DNA from: an uncultured delta proteobacterium
GTDB lineage: Bacteria; Bdellovibrionota; FAC87; UBA2466
DNA: 64,000 nucleotides
NCBI GenBank assembly: GCA_963778115.1
Contig: CAVZSV010000004.1
Location: forward strand, 128,001-192,000
Direction of reading: 5' to 3'
The position numbers and the translations under genes were made by a program. The notes beneath the pieces are model-generated. The model made no database searches. It saw only the letters and a program-made list of their open reading frames with translations, and was not told the origin of the DNA. This document shows positions 9,185 to 18,631 of this stretch, piece by piece (the stretch's first letter is position 1; each line of letters begins with the position of its first letter).

Positions 9185-9990
9185 GCCCTGGTAAAGAGCC
9201 CCCAGACTTTAAGCAGCTCTCCGAAGAGCAGCGAAAAGCGCTGGTGAAGTCTCTCATTAGGAGTGGAGAAAAGGATCGTTTAAATGAGGGAAGAGATCCG
9301 GCACAAGAGGAGATTACTGCTCGAGAGAAATGGCTAGCCCTCTTTGGCATCCCCGCCGAAGTCAGTAGTCACACCCAACAAAATACGCCTATCGCCACCC
9401 TTCTTCTCATTGTCTTCACTTCATTGTTTAGTTTGTATTTTCTGTTCGTGGCCCCTCAGATGGGGGAACTTTTCGCTTTCTACCCCGGAGCCCCCTTTAG
9501 ACTAGCGGGCCTTTCGATCCTGACTTGTTTTTTTGTTCACGGGGGAATTGGCCATCTGGCAGCCAATATGTATTGCCTCTACATATTCGGAGACGACGTG
9601 GAAGATGTCTTGGGCATTGTCCGGTATTATCTGCTTATTGTCTTTGCTACCGCACTGGGCTCGGTAGTTTCCCTAATCTTTAGTCACGGAGAAATGATTC
9701 CCCATGTCGGCGCCAGTGGAGGAATCTTTGGAGTCATGATCTTTTACTTGCTTCGCTTTCCCAAATCGAAGTTTACTTACCTTTTCTTTTTTAGATTCGT
9801 GAGAGTTCCGGCAGCCGGAGTGCTTGCTCTTTATGTCCTATTTCAACTCTTCGGTGCTGCCGGCCAAGTGGCTGGTCAAGGCAACGTGGATCACTTGGCC
9901 CATATCGGCGGAGGACTCGTCGGCCTTTTCTTTTGGTTGGCACTGGGGCGTCCCCGAGAGGAAGAAAAGCGCCCCGACGATATGGTTTAA
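9181..9990 (+). CDS. Rhomboid family intramembrane serine protease
   Basis: FVHGGIGHLAANM, catalytic GASGG, AHIGG; multiple TM helices; ATGA overlap with the upstream gene. Confidence 0.93.
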   Translation: MSPGKEPPDFKQLSEEQRKALVKSLIRSGEKDRLNEGRDPAQEEITAREKWLALFGIPAEVSSHTQQNTPIATLLLIVFTSLFSLYFLFVAPQMGELFAFYPGAPFRLAGLSILTCFFVHGGIGHLAANMYCLYIFGDDVEDVLGIVRYYLLIVFATALGSVVSLIFSHGEMIPHVGASGGIFGVMIFYLLRFPKSKFTYLFFFRFVRVPAAGVLALYVLFQLFGAAGQVAGQGNVDHLAHIGGGLVGLFFWLALGRPREEEKRPDDMV

Positions 9991-11631
9991 TTATTCGGTA
10001 CGAAACCAGCTTCGCATCACCGCTAAATTGGTCTTAAGCCCTTCTCGAGTCCCTGCCTCAAGCGCCTTATCATGCAAAGAAAACGGAGTGAAAGTCACAG
10101 GTGCCTCGATCAAAGTATCGTAATTGCGCATAAAATAATCCACCGCTTGTGAGTTCGGGATATCAAGCATCTTAGCCAAGGCTAATACTTTCACCGGCGC
10201 ATTCACATAATAGAGTTTCATCGCAATAAGTCCCGGCGCCATTAGTTGCAGCGTTTTGAATTTCGGACCCAAGTTCGAATCCTCAAGCTTCTTGAGATCC
10301 AACGGATAATGGCTAAAAAGATATCCGTCGCTTTCAGGCGAAACCTCCCCATGTGACCCAATCACCAATTCACGAACCGTATTAAGAGACGTTAGGCCAG
10401 TTTCAATCGTTCCCACATAGGCAAACTTTGATTGGCCGGCCTCTAAGAATGAAGTGGGAGTGACATATTCCGACAGGGGAAAGTCTAGCTGAGTTTTCAA
10501 AGACGTCACCGCGGGCTCCACGATGGTGTCGGGCTTTAGCTGACACTCAACACCGTTAGCGATCAAAATGGCTTGCGAAAGCGAGGAGCAAACCACTCCT
10601 CTTTCCTGACCAGTTACAATCTTAGGATTGTAGTAGTCATACGTATATTCGAGTTTCAGCTTCTCTAAGACATCATCGCCAAACTTCTTGGCCCACGCGG
10701 AAAACTCTGGGCTTTGGGAATCTTGAATAATGCCCATGGGCCGGTAGACTTCGGCATAAAGGGTGAAAGGCGCTGACACCGCCACATTGAGCGGAATGAC
10801 GCGAATGCCGCGTTCAGCGATTTCAAAAAAGCTGGGATAGATTTTGTCCTGTTTTTGCACGAAAACGACAACCCCCATATGGGTAGCATAGCTTCGAGGA
10901 TCGCTGAAGTTGGTATTGATACCGCCTGTCTTTCCCTGATCGATAATAAGCATGTCTCCCGTTCGAATCTGTAATCCACGATATTCAATAGTGTAAGGAG
11001 CGGGGGATCGGAAATTAGTCAGATCAAGGCCCGTCTTGCCAAGCCACTTATCCGCATCCTCGTCGGTGTGGCTGGCCTCGTTATATTTCAACATCTTCTT
11101 GGGACCGGCTAATAGGTTAGCTTCTTCATCACCCGATTTTGCGATAAGTGGGCGGACAGTAAGCAAATCGCCATGCTTCGCAAGACAACGAAATGCGTGC
11201 TTTTTCAACGCTTCGTCTTCACCCGCTGCCGCTAAGATCTGGGTAGCGTCAGTCAGGCCGATATAGCCTCCGACATTTTCAAGGTCTTCTAAAATCGCTT
11301 CCTTTTCCGCGGGGGTGGCCATCGCCATCCGAGACGTCTCGACTTTAACGATCATGGCTCGATAATGAGACAGTTCGTATTTAAGCTCGACCAAGTCTTC
11401 TAAATTAATTTGTCCGCGATCTAATTGGGAAAAACGTTCGTTGATGGCAACGATATCTGAGGCTCGTCCTTTTTCCAAACTTTGCAGACTCGCAGCAACC
11501 ATGGCCGTCACCTGTCCCGCGTCGGCATTTTCAAATTGGTATGCAAAGAGAGAGGGAGAAAAGAATGCTAAACAAAAGGCAGGCCAATAAAGAAACGATC
11601 GCGTGCGCATGCTTAAACCCAACATTTTCAT
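9991..11631 (-). CDS. Secreted protein with a permuted papain-like (YiiX/YebB-type NlpC/P60) domain
   Basis: Signal peptide ending SLFA; IRTGDMLI..YATHMGVV precedes YDY..VVCSSL (His before Cys); start 11631 or 11610. Confidence 0.6.
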   Translation of the reverse strand: MKMLGLSMRTRSFLYWPAFCLAFFSPSLFAYQFENADAGQVTAMVAASLQSLEKGRASDIVAINERFSQLDRGQINLEDLVELKYELSHYRAMIVKVETSRMAMATPAEKEAILEDLENVGGYIGLTDATQILAAAGEDEALKKHAFRCLAKHGDLLTVRPLIAKSGDEEANLLAGPKKMLKYNEASHTDEDADKWLGKTGLDLTNFRSPAPYTIEYRGLQIRTGDMLIIDQGKTGGINTNFSDPRSYATHMGVVVFVQKQDKIYPSFFEIAERGIRVIPLNVAVSAPFTLYAEVYRPMGIIQDSQSPEFSAWAKKFGDDVLEKLKLEYTYDYYNPKIVTGQERGVVCSSLSQAILIANGVECQLKPDTIVEPAVTSLKTQLDFPLSEYVTPTSFLEAGQSKFAYVGTIETGLTSLNTVRELVIGSHGEVSPESDGYLFSHYPLDLKKLEDSNLGPKFKTLQLMAPGLIAMKLYYVNAPVKVLALAKMLDIPNSQAVDYFMRNYDTLIEAPVTFTPFSLHDKALEAGTREGLKTNLAVMRSWFRTE

Positions 11632-11747
11632 TAAACCCCCAGAGAGGGGTGATTTTAACAATATTGACACATCGCAACAAGAGACAATAAAGGGCAGTCC
11701 CAGCACCACTGGGAAAACAGCAAGGGAGTTGCTATCATTCCAGACAC

Positions 11748-12653
11748 ATGCGGATTCTCCCCTTTTTGATCTGCCTTTTTTTGTCGCTCTTCCTAGCCAA
11801 GGCTCAGGCTGGAGAAACGCTAAAAGTTCCGGGCGGAGTCATCAGTATCGATTGGCAAACGCAGGGACTAAAGGTGTCTCACGCTGAAATAATACGAGGG
11901 GTAAATTTAGCAGTGGCTGCGGTTTCCCATTACTACGGAAAATTTCCCGTTCCCGAACTTCGCCTTGAAATCAATCGTGACACTCATAACGATTCTATCT
12001 TTGGCCGAGAGTTTGGCGGAAGAGTCATCCGATGGTACATCGGAAAAAATGTCACGGGAAAAGAGATCGTTAACGATTGGACACTCACCCACGAAATGTT
12101 TCATTTGGGTTTTCCCTCGTTCGACGACGCGCACGATTGGGTAACCGAAGGGATGGCGACCTATCTAGAACCCATCGCCAGGGCGCGTTTGGGGCAACTA
12201 AGCGCTTCGTTCGTATGGAGCCAACTGCTCGACGGGCTTCCCAAAGGGCTTCCTCAGAAAGGCGACAGAGGTCTTGCGTTTACTTCCACGTGGGGGAGAA
12301 CTTACTGGGGCGGGGCACTTTTTTGGCTGTCAGCTGATATTGAAATTCGAAGAAAGACTCAAAATAAGAAATCGGTGGATGACGTAATACTAGCGGTGTG
12401 GAGATCGGGGGGGACAGATGCTGAAGAGTGGACCATGCAAGATTTGATTGAGACGGGAGATAAGGCGGTAGGGTTTGCGGTGCTGCATGATTTGAATGAA
12501 ACGCTGGCATTGCGTCCGGGGGTGGTGGATTTGGCAAGTCTCTTTAAAAAGCTTGGGGTGAAGCAAAGGGGAGTTAGCGTGGAATTCGACGACCAAGCAC
12601 CATGGGCGGAGTTTAGGCGGGGGGTTATTGCTATGCTTAAGAACAAATCTTAA
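11748..12653 (+). CDS. Secreted gluzincin-type zinc metallopeptidase (M61/M1-like catalytic core)
   Basis: Signal peptide ending AQA; HEMFH followed by WVTEGMATY; downstream YWGGA motif. Confidence 0.8.
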   Translation: MRILPFLICLFLSLFLAKAQAGETLKVPGGVISIDWQTQGLKVSHAEIIRGVNLAVAAVSHYYGKFPVPELRLEINRDTHNDSIFGREFGGRVIRWYIGKNVTGKEIVNDWTLTHEMFHLGFPSFDDAHDWVTEGMATYLEPIARARLGQLSASFVWSQLLDGLPKGLPQKGDRGLAFTSTWGRTYWGGALFWLSADIEIRRKTQNKKSVDDVILAVWRSGGTDAEEWTMQDLIETGDKAVGFAVLHDLNETLALRPGVVDLASLFKKLGVKQRGVSVEFDDQAPWAEFRRGVIAMLKNKS

Positions 12654-12661
12654 GATTACTC

Positions 12662-13090
12662 TTAAGGTTTGTCCGTTTTCTTTAGAACTACTCCCGAGAC
12701 CGCAACACCCTCCATGCACGGCGATCTCAAATCCGACGAACTAAAGGTAAGTTCTACGTGCTCCCCATTCTTAATATCAGTTATTCCCTCTTTCGGAATC
12801 GTGAAGGAATATCTCTTTCCGTCGTCGGCCCTCACGATCCGGCACCCTTCATCCACCGCAGCTTCAAAAGTTCCCTCAACTTTATTCGAGGTACTGGCGC
12901 CGGTGGTAACCGGATGCGCCGAACTATTTACTGAAGCCGGCGCGTGCCCCCCATGAGTCGTAGGCGCCTGCCCTTCGTAAGCGTGCATCAAAATCTCGGG
13001 ATTAACTCTACTCTCTTCAGGGTTGGTTTCGGCAATCAATGACACCGGAAGTAGGAGAATCGCAAGTTCCACAAGCCACATGAATTTCAT
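12662..13090 (-). CDS. Secreted hypothetical protein with a small beta-rich C-terminal domain containing two Cys
   Basis: AAGGA RBS; signal peptide; GTFEAAVDEGCRIVRADDGKRY..SPCMEG. Confidence 0.7.
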   Translation of the reverse strand: MKFMWLVELAILLLPVSLIAETNPEESRVNPEILMHAYEGQAPTTHGGHAPASVNSSAHPVTTGASTSNKVEGTFEAAVDEGCRIVRADDGKRYSFTIPKEGITDIKNGEHVELTFSSSDLRSPCMEGVAVSGVVLKKTDKP

Positions 13091-13130
13091 AACAACGTCC
13101 TTCGTGAACAGTAACTTTGATCGCTAACTA

Positions 13131-13148
13131 AAGCAACGTTCGTGCCGG
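13131..13148 (-). promoter_or_regulatory. Putative sigma54 (-24/-12) promoter
   Basis: Minus strand reads CCGGCACGAACGTTGCTT (GG-N10-GC, close to TGGCAC-N5-TTGC), about 40 nt upstream of ATG 13090. Confidence 0.65.
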
Positions 13149-13432
13149 GTGAAGACGACAAGATGTCCTTCGTAAGAGAGGGAAACTAATTGAGTTCTCG
13201 GAGTGTGCTTTTTGCACCACTCTGCAAGAATGCGCTTAGGTCATCAAAGTTGAAAATGAGATAGGCAGTTTTTCACTTTTGTCGCGCTCTAGATACGCGC
13301 CGCAATGCTTTTCGGGGAGTGGCCCCTTAGAATACGCTCTAACCCATTAAAAGGAGGCGTAATCTGACACGTTGTGAAAATCTCAAGCAACGTTATTTCC
13401 GTCTGAGATAGCCTGCGGTATGATGCGGCCGC

Positions 13433-14644
13433 ATGGGAACCATAACACTAGAAAATATCCGAGAAGCAGCCAAGAAAATCTCTCCCTACATTAGGAACAC
13501 GCCTTTTGTTCCTTTTGACTCTTTAAGTCTGGCAACAGGAAAAGAGATTTGGCTTAAGTGCGAGTCGCTCCAAAAAACCGGGTCCTTTAAGATAAGGGGG
13601 GCCGCCAACTGCATTCTTTCTCAAATGGATAGGGCAAAAAAGACCGGGGTTGTGGCAGCCTCCGCGGGAAACCACGCTCAAGCGGTAGCCGCGATGGCCA
13701 AGATCCTGGGAATTAAAAGTACTATCGTCATGCCCACGATGACCCCGCCTATTAAAGTACAAAACACACGTCAATGGGGGGCGGAAGTGGTTCTCTTAGG
13801 AGAGGTCTATGACGAATCTTTCGATCACGCCGTGGAACTCTCAAAGAGTCGGGGCTTACTCTTTATTCACCCCTTCAATGATCCTTTGGTGATTTGCGGC
13901 CAAGCAACCATTGGACTTGAGCTTGCGCAGAACGAGTCGTTTCGAGATATCGAAGCCGTTGTCGTTTCCGTGGGAGGCGGAGGGCTTAGCTCCGGCATTG
14001 CCGCTTGCTTGCATCACCTAAGGCCCGACGTAAAAGTCTACGGAGTTGCCGCTCGTCATGCGCCTGCCGCTTGGAAATCATTTCACAAAAAGACACTCAC
14101 CCCGGAAACCGTGAGTTATACGCTTGCCGAAGGGGTTGCCGTGAAACGTCCCGATCAGACGATGCTCAATTACATGCTCGAATATCTAGACGACATGCTA
14201 GCCCTGTCAGAAGAGTCGATCGCCAATAGCATTGCCGTCCTGACGGAGCAGGCGAAGCTCGTCGTGGAAGGGGCTGGGGCGTTACCGGTCGCCGCCGTTT
14301 TGGAGGGGCTTGTTACGGAGAAAAAAATAGCGTTAATCCTCTCAGGCGGAAATATCGACATCCCCGCCCTTTCGCATGTGTTGCAACGCGGATTAGTCGC
14401 TCAGGGCAGAATGGTGCGGCTCGTGATTCGAGTTTCCGACCGTCCCGGCGGACTAAATGCAGTGACCAATGTCTTAGCCTCCCAGCGGGCCAACATCATG
14501 CAGATCTTTCATCAGAGATCGAGTCTGCAAACGAAATTAGATGAAGCTGAGATCGAAGTCGATTTGGAGACCCGAGGATCCGATCATACGCAACAAATCA
14601 TTGCGGCTCTGACCGAACGAGGATTTAGAGTTCAGTGTGATTAA
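13433..14644 (+). CDS. ilvA: Threonine ammonia-lyase with a C-terminal ACT domain
   Basis: KCESLQKTGSFKIRGA (PLP lysine), ASAGNHAQ, VGGGGL, LSGGNID, DRPGGL. Confidence 0.93.
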   Translation: MGTITLENIREAAKKISPYIRNTPFVPFDSLSLATGKEIWLKCESLQKTGSFKIRGAANCILSQMDRAKKTGVVAASAGNHAQAVAAMAKILGIKSTIVMPTMTPPIKVQNTRQWGAEVVLLGEVYDESFDHAVELSKSRGLLFIHPFNDPLVICGQATIGLELAQNESFRDIEAVVVSVGGGGLSSGIAACLHHLRPDVKVYGVAARHAPAAWKSFHKKTLTPETVSYTLAEGVAVKRPDQTMLNYMLEYLDDMLALSEESIANSIAVLTEQAKLVVEGAGALPVAAVLEGLVTEKKIALILSGGNIDIPALSHVLQRGLVAQGRMVRLVIRVSDRPGGLNAVTNVLASQRANIMQIFHQRSSLQTKLDEAEIEVDLETRGSDHTQQIIAALTERGFRVQCD

Positions 14645-15350
14645 CAAACCTCTTCTAATTTTAGTTCTGATCTCGCTCTTAGCCATTCCCCGAATGTCTC
14701 GGGCCGATGACGTTCGCTTTGACGTTCGTTATGCTTCTGAGGTAACGCGCGATAATCTCTTTGACGAAACCGTGGAATACCAAAAGCCTCTGCTCCCTTG
14801 GCTAAAGGGGGATGCCGCGGTCCGACTTTCCGAATCTTTTTTCGCTATCCGAACTTTCGAATATAAAGCGGAAGGGGAGGTCCCTGTGACTTCCTTTCTA
14901 GGGGCGCATTTGCGACTTAACACAGTCAGCTACCTTCCCGAAGGCATGGGCTCGACACAACTTCTCTTCTATTTGCGAGGCCAGACGTCGGTAGGGCCCG
15001 TGTCGCTACATTTGTCGCTGGGTTTTTGGGAAAGATTTATATCCATCACTTCAATTCCAATTCTAGTCACTTTTAGCAGATCCTATCCCGATTCCGACTT
15101 TGCCGTCGATTTCGGCGTGCATGTGCAACTCACTCCAAGAATAGGGATTGAAACGAACCTTGCTACTTTCGAATCCATCGACGTCTTTAATCTTCATAAT
15201 CCTTTTGTTTTGCTCAGTGCCGACTACACGCCCAAAGACAAACCGTGGAAAGTCTTCCTCTACGCCAGAGATCGCATCCTCTTAGGATTCGGCCGCCGCG
15301 ACGAATTGCTCTTCGGATTGGGCTACCAACTTGTCGGAATATCGATTTGA
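14637..15350 (+). CDS. Secreted hypothetical protein, likely outer-membrane beta-barrel
   Basis: Signal peptide; alternating amphipathic beta-strand pattern; C-terminal LGYQL; overlaps the ilvA stop. Confidence 0.55.
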   Translation: MINKPLLILVLISLLAIPRMSRADDVRFDVRYASEVTRDNLFDETVEYQKPLLPWLKGDAAVRLSESFFAIRTFEYKAEGEVPVTSFLGAHLRLNTVSYLPEGMGSTQLLFYLRGQTSVGPVSLHLSLGFWERFISITSIPILVTFSRSYPDSDFAVDFGVHVQLTPRIGIETNLATFESIDVFNLHNPFVLLSADYTPKDKPWKVFLYARDRILLGFGRRDELLFGLGYQLVGISI

Positions 15351-15396
15351 CTCATCGCCTCCGGACCGGTAGATCCTTCCTAAGGGGTAAAAAACC

Positions 15397-16860
15397 ATGG
15401 CGGGGAATCTTTCACGCACGAGCAAATTCGTGTGTCTACTTCTAGTTTTGTCTTCTCTTCCATTTTCAGCCAAAGCGTTGGATCTAGATCTTTGGGTGAG
15501 TAGCCGCGAGCAATTGGCTATCGAAAAACTCATGGCCAATATCTCCCCCGAGGGCACTCGAAGAGGAATCGTCATCGCCTCTCCAACTCCTCTATATTTC
15601 AAACACTGGATTCGCGATTCCGCCATTGTCATGGATATTGTCATTAGCCTCTACGAGAAGGCCGCAACTGCAGGCGAAAAGCAGCACTACTTTTCCATCC
15701 TTTCCGATTTCGTGGAGCTTTCCAAAGAGGTCCAGGACAAACTCATTAACCAATTAGGCGAAGCACTGGTGTTCGCGGATGGCAGTGTCCCTCACGGAGT
15801 TCTCTGGGGAGTTCCCCAACATGATGGCCCGGCTCTTCGTGCGATTACCTTAAATCGATGGGCAAATATCTTACTTAGAGAAGGCAAAGAGGATTATGTG
15901 CGACGATGGCTCTATGAAAGCAAGATCCCGGCCGATACCGTCATCAAAGCGGACGCCGAACATACGCTGCACGCCAAAGGGAGTTCCTATGACCCTTGGG
16001 AAGAAGAGCGCGGGGATATCTTCTACGTAAAGATGGTTCAGCGCAAAGCCCTTTTAGAAACTGCAAAACTCGCCGATCGGTTGGGAGACGGCGGAGCCGC
16101 AAAATCATATCGAGATAGAGCCCGCGAGCTAGAAGCCGAATTGGTCGGCGATGAAACAACCGGCGCGCGGGGTTTTTGGGACCCTGTATCTAAAAGATTA
16201 ATCTGCATTAAGAACTACGAGGAAGGGATACCCCTCGATAAAGCAGGACTCGATTCCTCGATTATTTTGGGAGTTATGCACGGGGATACGCACGACGGTT
16301 TTCTTTCCGTCGGAGACGATAGAGTGCTCAGTACAGCCATCCAATTGGAACTCACTTTCAAAGAGCTCTACCTCGTCAACCAAGACGGGACACCGGGAAT
16401 TCTGATGGGACGAAATCGCTCAGACGTCTGGGACGGATCCTCGCGGTCGGGCGAAGGGCATCCTTGGGTGCTCATTACCTACGCTTTCTCCGAATACTAT
16501 TCGCGAGTGGCAGGAGAGCTTAGTCGAAGACAGAGCATCTCGATTAACGAAACGAATGCATTATTTTTCAGGTCACTCTTACAACCCCAGCACCATGTAG
16601 TAACCGTGGGGACCGATGTTAGGCGAGGAACGCCTCTCTTTGCACAGATCATTAAGGCGTTGGGGAAAAAAAGCGATTCCTTTCTGGAACGTTTAGCCGC
16701 CCATTCCAATGCCCAGGACGGAGACGGCTTCAACGAACTCGTCAACCGTACGACGGGAAGACAGCAAGGGGTAGCCAATCTCACATGGAGCTGTGCCTCG
16801 GCTATTTTAGCCAGTTGGGAACGCTCACAAAGACCGACTCGAAAGAAACGCGCGGCTTAG
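15397..16860 (+). CDS. Secreted glucoamylase, glycoside hydrolase family 15
   Basis: WIRDSA, WGVPQHDGPALRAI, DPWEE (catalytic acid), NEL (catalytic base region), LTWS; signal peptide ending AKA. Confidence 0.88.
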   Translation: MAGNLSRTSKFVCLLLVLSSLPFSAKALDLDLWVSSREQLAIEKLMANISPEGTRRGIVIASPTPLYFKHWIRDSAIVMDIVISLYEKAATAGEKQHYFSILSDFVELSKEVQDKLINQLGEALVFADGSVPHGVLWGVPQHDGPALRAITLNRWANILLREGKEDYVRRWLYESKIPADTVIKADAEHTLHAKGSSYDPWEEERGDIFYVKMVQRKALLETAKLADRLGDGGAAKSYRDRARELEAELVGDETTGARGFWDPVSKRLICIKNYEEGIPLDKAGLDSSIILGVMHGDTHDGFLSVGDDRVLSTAIQLELTFKELYLVNQDGTPGILMGRNRSDVWDGSSRSGEGHPWVLITYAFSEYYSRVAGELSRRQSISINETNALFFRSLLQPQHHVVTVGTDVRRGTPLFAQIIKALGKKSDSFLERLAAHSNAQDGDGFNELVNRTTGRQQGVANLTWSCASAILASWERSQRPTRKKRAA

Positions 16861-16945
16861 ATCCAATGACGTCCCAATTCTTAGTGGTACGGACGTCGCT
16901 GCGCTCTTCGCAAGAACCACTTGTTGTTAGCTCGGGAACCGGTAG

Positions 16946-17776
16946 TCAAGGCAATGGTCTGAGCACATAATTGATATTCGTCCCACCCGATACCTGCACT
17001 TGAACAAAGAAAAACTCGTTCACCGGCCCCATCCGCCGCCCCCCACCGCCACCGGCCACAACGTAAGTAACGCCGGCAGCACCACCGACCAGATAGCTAT
17101 GATAGTGGCCGCCAAGCCACGCGTTGACCCCGTTATTCGAGGCCAGGTTCATCATATGGAGCGCTTCGGAATCGTCCGACAATCGCAAGTACGTTTGCAC
17201 GCCGGGAACCACCGGTAAGTAGTGACTTACTAGAAAAAGTAATTGTGGTTTGGGTTGTGCCAGTTGGGCCTTTAACCAATCGGTCTGATCGGATCCTACC
17301 GTGCCGTCCGCGGTATCTAGAATAATGAACTTCGCGTTGCCTGCCGTGAACGTATAATGAGATGGACCCACCACCTGTTTGTAATACGTCCATCCGTCGT
17401 TAAAAATATCGTGATTTCCGATGGCGATCACCGCTTTATTGTTAAATGACGAGCTGGAAAGAGCCGCTTGAAACGCCTGGAAATCGGCTTGGTCTCCTTG
17501 ATCGACATTGTCACCCAATAAGACAATAAACGAATCGCCCTCGCTACTAGCCATAGACAAAATTTGTTGAAACCGTGTCGTATCCTGGTTGCCGATATGG
17601 AGATCTCCTACAATCGCAAAGGTATAGTTTTGGGAATCCGGGACCGAAACACTGGTCACCGGCGGAGTTAGCGAATTGCTATCTTGAAATCTCTGATCGT
17701 AAAACGTCTTACTGACACAACCTAATAAGGAAACCAAAACGATGATGGCGAGCTGCGTTTTTTTTGGGGGATTCAT
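16946..17776 (-). CDS. Calcineurin-like metallophosphoesterase, lipoprotein
   Basis: Lipobox LLGC; GDLH, GDNVD, GNHD and GHYH motifs. Confidence 0.9.
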   Translation of the reverse strand: MNPPKKTQLAIIVLVSLLGCVSKTFYDQRFQDSNSLTPPVTSVSVPDSQNYTFAIVGDLHIGNQDTTRFQQILSMASSEGDSFIVLLGDNVDQGDQADFQAFQAALSSSSFNNKAVIAIGNHDIFNDGWTYYKQVVGPSHYTFTAGNAKFIILDTADGTVGSDQTDWLKAQLAQPKPQLLFLVSHYLPVVPGVQTYLRLSDDSEALHMMNLASNNGVNAWLGGHYHSYLVGGAAGVTYVVAGGGGGRRMGPVNEFFFVQVQVSGGTNINYVLRPLP

Positions 17777-17890
17777 CTTGCAGGATACTTTACCTATTTG
17801 GTTGCTAGATACAACGACACGCTGCGACCGAATCTAGTAAACTTTTGCCTCGCCGTGACGGAACCCATTCACTATGATAGCTAGCTTCTC

Positions 17891-18631
17891 ATGTCGAACG
17901 AACCCATCCAATTTCTAACGCAGGAATATCGAGCTCTCTGGAGAGAGCTGGGAGTCGAAGACAGCCTTTTAGAAAGACTTACCCAATCCGACAAAGGCAA
18001 GCCACTCTTGAAGGCGCGCAAAACGGGCGTTCCGGCACCCGTAAGAGGACAGCCTATGGGATCCACCGACCTGACGCTCGAAGCGATACGAGCCACCATG
18101 GGAGATTGCACTCGGTGCAAGTTATGTGAAGGGCGAAAAAATATCGTTTTCGGAGCGGGCGCTCCCCAAAGCCAACTGATGTTTGTGGGAGAAGGGCCTG
18201 GTGCAGATGAAGACATTCAAGGACTCCCATTCGTAGGACGTGCGGGACAGCTTCTCGACAAGATTATTGAAGCTATGGGTTACCGCCGTGACGACGTTTA
18301 TATAGCCAACATCGTCAAGTGTCGTCCTCCCGAAAATCGAGCGCCTGAAGCCGATGAGACAGCCCAGTGCATTGGGTTCTTATTTAACCAGATTGAAGTG
18401 ATCCAACCCAAACTTCTAGTAGCTCTGGGCTCCTCCGCGGCAACCGCCCTTTTAGGAAGTACGAGTGCTATTTCGAATTTGCGCGGACGCCTCCATGCCT
18501 ATCCGCGAAATCCAAAAATTTCGATCATGCCAACCTACCATCCGGCCTATCTGCTTAGAAATCCAGCGGCCAAGAAATTGGTTTGGGAAGACATGAAACT
18601 TGTTAAGAACCTGCTGGAATCCAAATCATGA
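17891..18631 (+). CDS. Uracil-DNA glycosylase family 4 (Fe-S)
   Basis: CTRCKLC, GEGPG, PFVGRAG, KCRPPENR and HPAYLLR motifs. Confidence 0.95.
   Translation: MSNEPIQFLTQEYRALWRELGVEDSLLERLTQSDKGKPLLKARKTGVPAPVRGQPMGSTDLTLEAIRATMGDCTRCKLCEGRKNIVFGAGAPQSQLMFVGEGPGADEDIQGLPFVGRAGQLLDKIIEAMGYRRDDVYIANIVKCRPPENRAPEADETAQCIGFLFNQIEVIQPKLLVALGSSAATALLGSTSAISNLRGRLHAYPRNPKISIMPTYHPAYLLRNPAAKKLVWEDMKLVKNLLESKS

Noticed and set aside
6372..13090. Integrative island at tRNA-Thr
   Set aside because: Orphan-rich block, but I found no integrase and no duplicated tRNA 3' end
16860..16945. REP remnant or terminator between convergent genes
   Set aside because: Only short GACGTCC/GGACGTC pairing; too weak to call
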